This document shows positions 14,406-27,039 of a stretch of 64,000 nucleotides of DNA, piece after piece. The stretch is from NCBI GenBank assembly GCA_964016885.1, contig OZ024740.1:293260001-293324000 (forward strand), read 5' to 3'. Source of the stretch: Eledone cirrhosa (Eukaryota). How positions within the stretch are numbered: position 1 is the first letter of the stretch; each line of letters starts with the position of its first letter. The notes beneath the pieces are model-generated. The model was not told where the DNA came from and made no database searches. It worked only from the letters and a program-made list of their open reading frames with translations. A program made the translations under genes and the position numbers.

Positions 14406-14659
14406 TGGTGCCTATTGGAATAATAGAATTGTGTATACAAGCGTAGAGTAACCGTAAACAGCTACATGCTGTTAGGGCCTACGGAGAACTTGAAGTATTC
14501 GTTTCATTCACGCTTTACAGCTTAGTAAATAAAATAATTATTTTTACGCATTACATAATTTCAGTAGGCGTATTTCATATATATTGAATTTATAATCACA
14601 ATTGCACTTTTAATAAGAATTTAATGATCTGTTCCTTTCTTCTGTATTTTTTGTAATAA

Positions 14660-15522
14660 TAATTGTTTATACATTTGGCACAAGACCAGCAATTTGAAGA
14701 GAAGGGGAAGTCGATTAATGTGACCCTAGTGTGTTACTCGTACTTATTTTATCGACTCCGGAAGGATGAAAGGCAAAGCTAGCCTGAGTGAAATATGAAC
14801 TTATAATGTGAAGGGCCGTAACTATATGCTGCAAATCATATTGTTCGAGGATCTACCGATACTGCAAATCCACCGATACTGCAAATTTTTGTAATTATAA
14901 AAATAATGGTTTTTGAGTTTTGGGGAAAAATTGATTAAACCGACCCTAGTGCGTTATTGGCGCTTGATTTTATCGACCCCGTAAGGATGAAAGGCAAAGC
15001 TAACCCTGGCGGATTTGAACTCAGAACGTACATGGACATAAATCTATGCCGTAAAGCATGGTGTCCAACGCTCTACGAGTACCGTCAAACCACCGCAATC
15101 TTTTTGTAGTAATAATTGTTTCTACTTTTGGCACAAGGCCAGCAATTATCCCAGTGCATTAGTAGTACTTTATTTTATCGACCCCTTAAGGATGAAAGGC
15201 AAAGTTAATCTAGGTGGGATTTGAACTCAGACCGTAAAAGGCCGTAACTCTATGCTGCAAAGCATGGTATCTAACCATCTACAGATACTGCCAATCCACA
15301 TAGTAGTAATAAAGGTTTATTATACAGGCACAAGGCCAGCAATTTTGGGGGAGGGGGAAGTTGATTAAATCGATCCCAGTGCGTGATTGTTACTTTATTT
15401 TATCAACCCCGTAAGGATGAAAGGCAAAGTTAACCTCGGGGGGATTTGAACCCAGACCTTAAAGGGCCGTAACTCTATGCTGCAAAGCATGGCGTCTGAC
15501 CCTCTACTGATACTGCCAATCC
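14660..15522 (-). mobile_element. Array of four head-to-tail SINE family A copies
   Basis: Copies at approx. 14660-14875, 14910-15097, 15113-15300 and 15310-15522. Confidence 0.85.
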
Positions 15523-15691
15523 CCCTTGTAGTAATAATACTGTTCAATTTATATGAGGTATATAGATTAGATCATTTACTAAATTGTAAGGGAACGTTTC
15601 AAAACCGCTACAGGTGCTGGATGGAAATGTGCGGAGCGAGCTTGTTAGCTAATATATATATATATATACTCGTAAAAAACCGGGAGGTTAT

Positions 15692-15733
<42 letters not shown>

Positions 15734-16180
15734 TTTCTCGCGCGTTCTTGGTCAAGCCGGTATGAAATTTGTTTCTCTCTCTCTTTCGTCTGCGACTTCA
15801 CAAAACTTATGTTTACCGAATTCGTAGACCAGACCCCTTCTTCTTCTTCCCCCCGTTAGACTTGTGCGAAATTCCTTCCTTGCTTACATTTCAACCAGGT
15901 TTGATGGTCTTTTGTCTCTTGTTCACGATTTCACCGAGTTTATATTCATAGAGATCTGGGACTTGTCTATTTCTTCTCACTTTCCGTTGCTTAAACCATT
16001 TTGTTTGTTACCCTAACGTCCCCTTTATTTACGTGTCCCAACGACTTTTTTTAGCCGTTGTTCGCACCAACCTGAGGTATATGGCCCTTAAAGCGATGAA
16101 ATGCCTGGGACGGTTGGAGCGTCACTGATGAAGGACTTACTTTTTCATATGCACCACCATTTGCAACGCGCAGCCATCAT

Positions 16181-16265
<85 letters not shown>

Positions 16266-16559
16266 CTTTCTTTTGCCTTTCTTATTTTTTTCTTTTTTCT
16301 TTTTCATTTCCTCCTATCTATTTATATATATCTTCCTTTTTTCTCTCTCTCTCCTTCTTTCTCTCTCTCCTTCTCTCTCTCCGTTTTTTCTTTCTCTCCG
16401 TTTTTTTCTTTCTTTCCGTCTTTTTTCTAACTGTGCTTAACACTATAACTAATAAAATAATTATAAACATCTCACTATCCAGACAGCTTCCAAAAATAAT
16501 GGTCGCTTCTAATAGGGTACGTCAAAATTATTTATAAAACTGTTTATATATTGTATTTT

Positions 16560-16764
16560 ATCTGAGCCGGTGCTACAGTAAAGCCAGAGTCCTGGTGTTT
16601 CTCCAGTGCAAGGCGCATACAATAGTCCACTACGATAAAAAGGTAGGGAGCCAATGTATCTCTCTGGAGCACTCCAGCCAGTATCTCAAAGAACTCTGTC
16701 ATCCCATCAGGTGTAATGACTTGGGCTTTGGTGTTGGTGTAGAGCAGTGATATCAGGTCCACTA

Positions 16765-16765
<1 letters not shown>
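16560..16765 (-). pseudogene. RTE/RTEX-like reverse transcriptase fragment
   Basis: LYTNTKAQVITPDGMTEFFEILAGVLQRDTLAPYLFIVVDY (GVLQGDTLAP motif). Confidence 0.75.
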
Positions 16766-16848
<83 letters not shown>

Positions 16849-16996
16849 GATTGGTGCTCTGAAATAGCGATGTATATATGAATGTATGTATAGTATATTT
16901 GGTAATATACTGTATGTTTAATTAAAAACATTTGGAAGCCCTTGCGCTATTATTTTAAAGTAGTGACTATGTCACTTACTTCTTTTTTCAGCAAAC

Positions 16997-17038
16997 AGCT
17001 GACAGATCTGTTTCACATTGCTGGTGTTCATCAGAGCT
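16997..17038 (-). ncRNA. Minimal type I hammerhead ribozyme
   Basis: Minus strand AGCU CUGAUGA ACA-CCAGCAA-UGU GAAA CAGAUCUG UC/ AGCU: full core, 4-bp stem I, palindromic stem III. Confidence 0.8.
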
Positions 17039-17174
17039 TAGCACTCGCCGACCTCTGCCGAAAATTATAGAGGCTGGATTCTTATAGAATTCCAGTAATA
17101 ATCAGGAACTGATTATACAGAGCGATTGCCGGTGCAGCAAAAATAAAAAATTAGGATTGGTGCTCTGAAATAAC

Positions 17175-17351
17175 TGTTTCTACTTTTGGCACAAGGCCAG
17201 CAATTACCCAGTGCATTACTGGTACTTTATTTTATCGACCCCGTAAGGATGAAAGGCAAAGTTAACCTCGGCGGGATTTGAACTCAGAATGGCAAGGGCC
17301 GTAACTCTATGCGTCAAAGCATGGTGTCCGACCCTCTACCGATACTGCCAA
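17175..17351 (-). mobile_element. SINE family A nested in pLTR unit
   Basis: Interrupts the 306-bp unit; short ATAAC duplication. Confidence 0.85.
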
Positions 17352-17656
17352 TATAACGATGTATACATGAATGTATGTATAGTATATTTGGTAATATAAT
17401 GTATGTTTAATTAAAAACGTTTTGAAGACCTTGCGCTATGATTTTAAAGTAGTGACTATGTCACTTACTTCTTTTTTCAGCAAAGGAAGGGAGGGAAGCT
17501 GATAGATTCTGTTTCATACTATGTATACAGAGCACAATCCTATTTTTTTATTTTTGCTGGACCGGCAATCGCCCTGTATAATCAGTTTCTGATTATTACT
17601 GGAATTCTATAAGAATCCAGCCTCTATAATATTCGGCAGAGGTCGGCGAGTACATT

Positions 17657-17696
17657 GCTCTGAGGAACACCAACAGTGTCAAACAGATCTGTCAGC
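17657..17696 (+). ncRNA. Hammerhead ribozyme copy, probably inactive (G12C)
   Basis: GCU CUGAGGA ACAC-CAACA-GUGU CAAA CAGAUCUG UC/ AGC. Confidence 0.65.
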
Positions 17697-17909
17697 TTCT
17701 CTCCCATCCTTTGCTGAGAAAAGAAGTAAGTGACATAGTCGCTACTTTAAAATAATAGCGCAAGGTATTCACAATGTTTTTAATTAAACATACAGTATAT
17801 TACAAAATATACTATACATACACATATATATATGAATGTATGTATTCCTTATAAAAAACCTCGTAAAACAAATATATATATATATATATACATACACATA
17901 TATAATTTG

Positions 17910-18074
17910 GCACCACAAGGCCAGCAATTATCAGTACATTACTGGTACTTTATTTTATCGACCCCGTAAGGATGAAAGGCAAAGTTAACCTCGGCGGGAT
18001 TTGAACTCAGAATGGTAAGGGCCGCAACTCTATGCGACAAATCATGGCGTGCGACCCTCTACCGATACTGCCAT
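17910..18074 (-). mobile_element. SINE family A
   Basis: Family A consensus. Confidence 0.85.
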
Positions 18075-18450
18075 ATATAATGAAGATAAAGGAGGATGTG
18101 AATATGAAGTACAGACAGACAAGACAATCACTCATATATACACACATATTTATAGATTACTCTGAGAAAACGTGAGGTCGCGTGGAAAGGTAGTACATAA
18201 GTTCATGTCAACAGATAGGGATTAGTCCAAGTGATTTTAATGAGTAACAGATCACCACAGGGTCACTAACGGGACGCTTTCCAGATAGCCACATTGCAGA
18301 TTAAACTACCGAACCCATTGATCTCTCTCTCACTCACTCTCTCCCCTTCTCTCTCACTCTCTCTCCCCCTCTCCCTCTCTCGCTCTCTCACTCCCTCCTT
18401 CTCTCTCTCACCACCTCTCTCTATTTATTTATCTATCTATCTATCTATCT

Positions 18451-21400
18451 GAGTTGCTGTTCTGTTTCGAAAAAACTTGGATCTCAAAATACAGATGATT
18501 CACTAGGACCCGGAGGGCAGTCTGGTGGTCCTAGGTGTGAATGGTAGTGAAGGTGGAGCTTTCAGACTGGTGGCCGTATATGCCCCAACTGGGACATCGC
18601 GACCAGAGTTCTTCAAGCGTCTGGAGCCATTCCTGGGAACGTCTCGCTCCTTAGCGTTAGCGGGGGACTGGAATGGCATCTTAGACGCACGTTGGGACTA
18701 TGTAGTAGCTTGTGATAATAGAGGGGGGTGTAATAGCCTCAAAAATTTCATCAGCCAATTCCAACTGGTTGATAGATATCGACTAGACTTCCCAAGTGCA
18801 CCACTGTGAACGTGGAGCAACCGTACTGGGTCTTCTAGATCGTATTTAGATAGATTTTTAATTAGACAAAATGATAAGGAAACATTAAGCTGTCCACAAA
18901 TGCACATGGTTGCCTATTCAGACCACAAATTAGTCACCTGCGTAGTCAACCTTGATAGAACACATAGACAGGGACCCGGATACTGGAAGCTAAACATGTC
19001 GCTCCCGGCGCGTAAGGCCTACAGTAAACGGATTAGCACCTTAGTTAAGTGCCAGTTGACGGGGGCGATTGTCAACAACAGGTGGTGGAGCTCTCTCAAG
19101 AGAGCAATTAGAATAGAATCGATAGAATTTAGCAAGGAAGTAGTTTTAGACAAAAACAAAACTGAAAAGGAACTGGTAGCTAAAATAGAAGAGGCACTTA
19201 GGAATGGCAGTACAGCTGACGTGCTTGCGGCGAGAACGGCACCAGACCAGTTCTTCAACGTGAAACACGAAGGTTGTATTGTCAGAAGTAGAACACGTGC
19301 TCTAATAAACGAGGGAGCCAAAGCTGTTAGCTAGGCCCGAGTGGCAGAGGTGAAAAGTGGCAACAAACCCACAATTCGGTCTTTGCAAGACAAAGATGGA
19401 CGCATTATACTTGAATCCAAGCATATGTGCGCGGCCTTCCAGCAGCATTTTGCACAACTGTTCGGGCAAAGCGGTACATCGAGCGAGGTGATGGACTTCA
19501 GCTCCTACTTCGACGGCGTACCGCGACTCTCGTGCACGGATGCGGAGAGCTGCGAAAGGCCAATCAGCGGGCGAAATAGAAGATGCTCTAGGCCGCTGCG
19601 GAAAACGCAAATCACCCGGTTTAGATGGTCTATCCTATGAGTTTTACATAGGCATGCCACACTTGTTCTCTGGCGTCCTCGAAGCGGTCTACTGCAACTG
19701 GCAGCAGAACGGGAGGATTCCCAGTTCTGTAGGCAGAGGCGTAGTAACGCTGATCAGGAAAGATGAGAACAAAGGGAATGAGATAAGCAATTTCAGGCCC
19801 ATAACTCTGCTCAACACAGAGTTAAAGATTTTGGCCAAGGTGTTAGCAGCAAGGCTGGCGCTTGTCGAGAACCTGGTAGGGGAAGCCCAAACGTGTGCAA
19901 TCCCGACCAGGTCCATACACGACAACCTCCACCTCATGCTATACATCATAGAGAGGGTAGGGTGTAAACCTGGCTTTGGTGTGGCTCTGATCATCAATTT
20001 AGATCAGTCTAAGGCATTTGATAGGGTCGACCATCAATCAAGGCGGCCGGCTTCGGTCCCGTCTTCAGAGGCTGGATCGCTGCCATGCACGCCAGAATCT
20101 GCTCGGCAGTCAAGGTGAATGGCTACCTATCAGAGCCATTCCAAATCATGCGTTACATCCGTCAGGGATGCCCTCTCTCCTCCATTCTGTATGTACTGAC
20201 TCTCGAGCCGTTACTGCAAAAATTGGAGCTGTTGCAGGGAATCCTGATCGAACCAGGACTGCGGAAAGCAGTGTCAGCCTATGCCGACTACATAACTGTA
20301 ATGGTGTTGAAAACCTTGGAAATCCGGGTAATCGGCAACCTATTACAGGAATACGAAACGTTGACAAGAGCAAGACTAAACCCAAACAAGCCTGTCGGTT
20401 TGAAACTCGGCACATGGAGAGGCAAACCCATGCCTTCCGACAGTGTCGTTGGACGCTGGACGGAAGGACCGGTGAAATTGCTCGGGGTCTGGTTCGGTCC
20501 AGACCTCCAGCTGGACAAGAACTGGAACGAGGTCACGGCGAAGGTGTTTGCACTCACCCAGAAGTGGGCTGAGTGCAAACACTCCTTGAAAGGTCGATCG
20601 GGGGTGGCGAACACTTACACAGCGTCCGTCATCTACTACCGCTTGGCAGTCGTGCCTTGACCCCGCGAATACCTTACCAAAATGGAACGCCTACTCTTCA
20701 AGTTCCTCTGGAAGAAACAGGCTCCATTGGTGATGAGATCCATCTGCTGTCAACACTCTTCTATCGGAGGGCTGGGCATGCCGTGGCTGATGATGCGCAA
20801 ACATGCGCTGAGGCTACGCCATCTCCAGGTATTCCTGACCGGTGAACCAGTGTGGCTGTCGTTTGAGAGACAAGCTATTTCACAACTCGTCTCACTAACA
20901 GAGCTGCAGTCCTGGGTCAAGCGAAGACCGAAAATGGGTGCCTGGCACCTCGAGTGCCTACAGGCGCTCACAGCCCTCCACCAAGCGGAAACGGCAATCA
21001 GCGGAGATTCCACTTTGACATTCTATAGGGGATTAGTGGAGGATAAGTGCGACGACGTTCTAGGGGAAACTCTAGGCATCGAGGAGGACGAACTGACCAG
21101 TCTGTTCGGGAGGACTTTCCGTCCAGCGCCTATGGATAACTACCAGAGGTCTCTGGCCTGGCAGTGCTACCGAGGAGCTCTACTAGTTCGAGACAAAATC
21201 TACAAGCACGGACGCCCTGGCAGAGATCCTGCCAAAAGGACCTGTCCAAGATGCAAGCAGGACATCAATACTGTTCTGCATGCAATTGTTCAGTGCCCAG
21301 GGGTGACCGACCTGTGGAATTGTGTCGAACAGTTGCTGTCACGTGTGGGACGCATCCAGTTGTCAGCCGAGTCCATCGTAAGGATCACCCCGCCGCCTTC

Positions 21401-21893
21401 ATTTAAGAACGAAGGAGTGGCGGTTTTCCTCTGTCTGGTGGCTATGGCTAAAGAGGTAATATGGTGGATGAGGTTAAAAGGACTGAGGGTAAACACCTTT
21501 CTCTCCGGACAACAACTTATCCCCTTCTTTAAGTATCACTTCAGAAGGAAGGTGAGAGTGGAGAGAGAGGTGCTACACCTCAGTAAATTCGCTGAAAGGT
21601 GGGTGAATGTGGCAAAAATGGCCCTCTGTATATAAACCTGTAGGTTGAGGAAGATAAACAGAGGGAAGACAGGAACACCTACAAAACGTGTTCCTGGTGT
21701 TGAGGGTTGTTCTATCCACGGGGTGTAAAACAACCCTGCAGTAACGTTCCCCCCTACTGGGGATTTCAATTTTTATTTTATTATATATAGTTTATTGTTA
21801 TTTATTAATGTTAAAGTTATTTTTATGTAAAAACCCTGCCGTCACGTCTTGTAATGTCCCATTTTTGTACGCCCCTGTGGCAAATAAAGAAAG
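18451..21893 (+). mobile_element. 5'-truncated, decayed Tx1/L1-clade LINE (ORF2: APE endonuclease, RT, CCHC domain)
   Basis: VAVYAP, GDWN, YLDR, SDHK, GYWKLN, KSPGLDG, FRPITLLNTELKILAKVLA, DQSKAFDRVDH, IRQGCPLS, AYADY, CPRC..HAIVQC, broken by stops/frameshifts; AATAAA at 21883; (ATCT)n on both flanks. Confidence 0.92.
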
Positions 21894-22347
21894 ATATCTA
21901 TCTATCTATCTCTTACACACACGCATTTATCTCTGTCTTTCTCACACACACATCCCCTCATCCCCCTCTCTCTTTCCTTCACATATCAAATTAAATACTT
22001 AACTCTCTTTGTTTTGCTATTCCTTATAACTGTGTCTGTGTGAGACAGCCTTTGTGTATTTGTGTGCGTATATGTTTAACTCTGTTTTCCTATCCATTAT
22101 AAAGGTGTGTATGTGTGTATGTGTGTATGTGTGCCTGTGTGTCTGTGTGTATTTTTGTGTGCGTATGTGTTAATTCGTGTGTGTCAGCTCCTCCTCATTC
22201 CTAAAGCTGTTTTACAGTTAAAGTCTAGTTATCTTAGTTAATTAGACAGTTGGATTAATAAAGTGAATCTCCTGGATTCGACGTTCATACTCCCCAGCTT
22301 TCAATGTCCTTCTATCCTTTTGTTCTTTGATTATTTAGATACATAAG

Positions 22348-22560
22348 GACGGTGGATTGGCAGAATTGGTAGAGCGTCGGACAACATGCGGCATTGAGTT
22401 ACGGCCTTTTACGTTCTGGTTTAAAATTCTGCCGAGGTTAGCTTTGCCTTTCACTTTGACGAGGTCGATAAAATAAAATACCTGTAATGCACTGGAGTCG
22501 ATTTAATCGACATTCCCTTCCTAAAAGCTTGTTGCTTTGTGCCTAAATAAGAAAGCATTA
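22348..22560 (+). mobile_element. SINE family A
   Basis: Family A consensus, diverged. Confidence 0.75.
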
Positions 22561-22649
22561 TTTAGGTATGTACATTTTACATTTAACTTTTAAATTTAAC
22601 TGTTGCTGAGATCGACTTTATGTTTTATGCAAATATATACATGCATGGT

Positions 22650-22975
22650 GCCGTAACTTCTTAGACAGTGGTAGCGGTGTCGTATTGATATACGGCGTTT
22701 CTAGAGCATTTTGAAAGCTGGCAGAATCCATCTCTCTTCAGGTCTAAATACAGCAGATTTCTTCCAGTGAAGGAAAGAGAGAGTGAGAGAAACGAAGTGA
22801 GAAAAAGATATAGAGGAAGAATCGACACCAGTCCTAGACTGGTACTTTTTTATCGACCTCGAATAGATGAGAGGCAAAGTTGACCTCGGCGCGATTTGAA
22901 CTCAGAGAGCAGAGAGTCAAAACCAATACTACAAAGCAGTCTAACCGACGTTCTAACGACGCTGCCAATTCACAG
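22650..22975 (-). mobile_element. SINE family B
   Basis: Family B alignment. Confidence 0.75.
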
Positions 22976-23294
22976 GATTATATGCGAACTTATACAGGAA
23001 TCCAAATATCTATATTTTAAACGTTAAAATGAATATAATCCGAGTAACAGTCTCTTTCTAGTTTCATATATATCAAAAACTGAAAGAAAATAGGACCATA
23101 ATCTATTATGTATTTCTAAATCTTTGTCTCTGTATGTCTCTGTATGTCCCATTTATTTTAAGCACTTCATTCTACTTAAGCAGTCTTCTCTTATCGAAGT
23201 CTTCCACTAAACTCTCCAATGCACTGATTGTTGCCAACCTACAGCATCACTGATTTACTCTGAATTCGGATGTTGCTTTAAATGTATTTGAACT

Positions 23295-23530
23295 CACTTA
23301 GTGGTTATGGGATTGGTATTGCGAACATAAGACTGTGGGTTCGATTTCGGACCAAAAGCACCTGATGTACCTTGAGCAAGACATTTCGTTTCCCGTTGCT
23401 TCGTTCCATCAACTACTAATTAGAAGCATCAGTAATTTTTTGTTAAACTGATAACGGAATCGGAATAGTGTCTCGTGGAATGGAGGAGCTTTGTACTCTC
23501 AGACGCTTACCCCAACGAAACTGGAATAAA
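23295..23530 (+). mobile_element. SINE family C, diverged
   Basis: tagtggtta..gggttcgattt..ccttgagcaagacatttcgtttcccgttgct, shared with 38725 and 42848. Confidence 0.55.
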
Positions 23531-23595
23531 GTTGACCACATGTATCTCAATTACAATAGATATGAACAACGAATACAAAAGGGAAGACAATTTGA

Positions 23596-23633
<38 letters not shown>

Positions 23634-23720
23634 TGTCTTCCCTTTGATATACATACATACATATATATATATATATATGTACGTATACATACATACTTAT
23701 ATATGTACGCATATATATAT

Positions 23721-24077
23721 ATTGAGTTAACAACTCAGAGTAGTCTCTTACAATTAAATAGTTCTAAGAAAAAAGCTTTTCCGAGCCGTACAATATAATT
23801 GAATAAACAAGAGAGATGAACACTAATATAAACATACATGTGTTCGAATCGTAAGGACCAAATTTACTAGGGTGAAAAAATACTAACTACAGCAATATGG
23901 TTTGTTATACTTAACTTTAAATATTAAATTAAGAAAAATTAAGAAAAATAACAGACCTATATTGGGCTGCTCAATATAGGTCTGTTATTTTTTTTTATTT
24001 TTCTTAATTTAATATTTAAAGTTAAGTATAACAAACCATATTGCTGTAGTTAGTATTTTTGCGCCCTAGCAAATTTG
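23721..24077. mobile_element. Fold-back element (approx. 110-bp arm hairpin), same family as 46191-46604
   Basis: 23859-23967 is the reverse complement of 23969-24077; leader ttgagtta..ttttccgagccgta shared with 46205. Confidence 0.75.
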
Positions 24078-25091
24078 TATACAGTAATTGATATATAATA
24101 TGTATAGACATTAAATGTAATATGTGACAATGAATTATATATGCATTTATAATTAAATGTATAGATTAATAACATTGTATATAAAGGATTAATTTATTAA
24201 CATAAGGGATTTATCTAATTTAACATGTAAACAGCTATACATTATTCCATATCTTGCCTAGTATTGGGTAGATAACAATCTAATGAAACCTTTAATATAT
24301 TATGAGGGAGTAGACTGTATTTAAAATTAAATATAAATATATGACATTATGTATAAAGGATTCAATTGTGGCACTATATAATGTCTATTGGAGCAAAGAA
24401 TTTAAATAGTGTAATGAGCTAGTTACCTCCCCTTACGCATTAGCTCCCCTTAATTTTTTATCTCATATCCACTTCCGGATATTAAACCGTTGGAAAATCT
24501 CGCTGTAGAACAACTCTAATCCATGAATATGAATACAATAAGACCAAGTTACAATCCATTACTATAACTAACTAAAAACATTCAATACAAACATAAACTA
24601 AAATATAACTTAACATATGTAATGGACGGGAAATCAGTAACTTTCATATTCTACACACATACATATTTGAACTCTACAGAAACTATCTTCGCATTACATC
24701 CTCCATAATACACTTACAACATATTCGCTTAAAGTGCTTGTATTTTATGTAATACCTTGCCATACGGTATTCATATATACCTTTGCTTGTTTCCTTATCA
24801 TATATATGACTAACGCATGTGCATTCTCTACACGCTTGAATATGTACTTCATTCTCATTGCCTCTTTAATTATTAGACTATTCTCTTGTATTAACTTTCG
24901 CATGTATTCCACTCTATGCTTTTAATTTTAATTTTAATTTGAATTTGAATTTGAATTATTGTACAATTCTCGTATGTCGCATCCATTACACCCTGTAAAT
25001 ACTAAACTGTTGTTCACAACATCAATATATATGTATCTATATGATTGTTCAGTTGAATAGGAGGTTAATTATATGTACAAACATTGATAAT

Positions 25092-25136
25092 GCTCCGATG
25101 ACTCCAAACTAAAGTTTGGAAGAAACAATTGTCAGC
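25092..25136 (+). ncRNA. Degenerate minimal hammerhead (U4C)
   Basis: GCU CCGAUGA c-UCCAAACU-aa-AGUUUGGA-a GAAA CAAUUG UC/ AGC; palindromic stem III; lies just before (TA)n. Confidence 0.65.
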
Positions 25137-25181
25137 GATTAAATGATTTGAATATAACTTTGATACTTGTGTAATTTATAT

Positions 25182-25240
<59 letters not shown>

Positions 25241-25313
25241 AAACAGGCAAAGCTCCAGAGAAACAAGACTCACTATTCAGCCTTAATAAAATGAATATAT
25301 ATATATATATAAA

Positions 25314-25375
<62 letters not shown>

Positions 25376-26018
25376 AAGAGAGCGAGACAGACAGACAGAC
25401 AGACAGACTGACTGAGAAATAGAAAGAGGGAGGAGGACCGGTAGCGTACATATGTATGTATATGAATTATTATGTAATATAGATAGACAGCGATGGAGAG
25501 GGTTAGAAAGCGAAAGATTAGTTGTTAGAGAAATAGAAACAAAAATGTATTTTAAACCCCCCCCCCCCCCCCCAAAAAAAAACCACAGATAAAACATCTA
25601 AAAAGAGAACGCTGTAGTGAAATTGATTACTACACAGACAGACATGTAGTGGAATAATGTAGGTCGATTAATCGGTTAATATGATAGTAAGGTTTAAGTA
25701 GATATGTATTTGTGGGACATTAAGCTTTCAGTACTATTTCCTGCACTTTTGAGCAAAGTTTTCCTATTCAGTTCAATATTAAGTCAAAGTATGTTTTGTA
25801 TTAGCTTCTTCCTTTTTTTGTTGTTTTATTTTGTATTGTTTTCTTTTTGTTTTGTTGTTTTTGTTTTTTGTCTTTTTTTTCAATTTAAAACTATGTAGAA
25901 AGTATGCTCGCGTTACATACATACATATACATACATATATTTACATACATATACACACACATATATATACATAAATGCATGCATATATACACACAAACAC
26001 ATACATATATACACACAT

Positions 26019-26072
<54 letters not shown>

Positions 26073-26107
26073 TAACGAGATATCGTTTAAGGTAATCTTC
26101 ACTCATT

Positions 26108-26144
<37 letters not shown>

Positions 26145-26152
<8 letters not shown>

Positions 26153-26440
26153 TAAAGGGAAAAGAAAATGCTGACAAATTGTTCCCAGTGAAAAATAGTT
26201 TAATTAGGAATAAGTAAAAATTAGTAATAGTGATGTTTGCTCTAATCTGATTAGAGCAAACATCACGGACGCTCTATCTCAAAATTATTTTTGAAAAGCA
26301 TTAGAAATGCGCAACCGGTAAAACTTAAAACCAAAACTGAATACTAACCAATACTATTACTAATTTTTACTTATTCCTAATTAAACTATTTTTCACTGGG
26401 AACAATTTGTCAGCATTTTCTTTTCCTTTTACCAATATAT
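26145..26440. repeat. Inverted repeat (approx. 87-bp arms) between (TA)n tracts, with internal hairpin; pLTR-like
   Basis: 26145-26231 versus 26353-26440; internal gtgatgtttgctctaat / attagagcaaacatcac. Confidence 0.75.
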
Positions 26441-26534
26441 CATAACTCGTGTGTTACACCTCTATTCTTTTAAATATATATATATATATATATATATACA
26501 AATGGCTTTTTACATATTCCTTTGTTATATTCCA

Positions 26535-26592
26535 ATACCTGATGATATCACTGGATTCATATGGAACCCGGTCATTGAAATTATCATAGTAT
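26535..26592 (+). ncRNA. Type I hammerhead motif, imperfect stem II
   Basis: AUAC CUGAUGA [uaucacuggauuc-auaug-gaacccggucauu] GAAA UUAUCA UA/ GUAU. Confidence 0.6.
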
Positions 26593-26660
26593 AATAAACC
26601 TTTCATGGATTTACACCAGTCCAGCCTCCTGTTATTTCATTTATATATATACAATATATA

Positions 26661-26720
26661 GAAATGGCTTCTACAGGACTAGAACTTTCATTCGGGAGAA
26701 ATCATCAGGAAGCCCATTTC
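26661..26720 (-). ncRNA. Degenerate type I hammerhead motif
   Basis: Minus strand GAAAUGGGCUUC CUGAUGA uuucucccgaau GAAA guucuaguccug UA/ GAAGCCAUUUC: long stem I, weak stems II and III. Confidence 0.55.
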
Positions 26721-26812
26721 TATATTAGCCATTTCTATATTAAATATTTATACTCTGCTATGTATTGAGTACCTTACTTACTGTGGTTACTCCCGATTGA
26801 ACCCGGGATAAA

Positions 26813-26942
<130 letters not shown>

Positions 26943-27039
26943 TACATACACATAGGTAAACACATATATATATATATATGATGCAGTTTTTAATACAAGA
27001 ATGTTTCATCTACGTAATTGCGCGAAATAATTTGAATAT

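Larger units (their letters stand above)
16845..17822. mobile_element. Non-coding PLE/retrozyme-like element: 306-bp unit in tandem plus inverted copy, with a nested SINE
   Basis: Unit starts ttaggattggtgctctgaaata at 16845 and 17151; inverted copy 17528-17822; (TA)n flanks; carries HHR. Confidence 0.75.
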
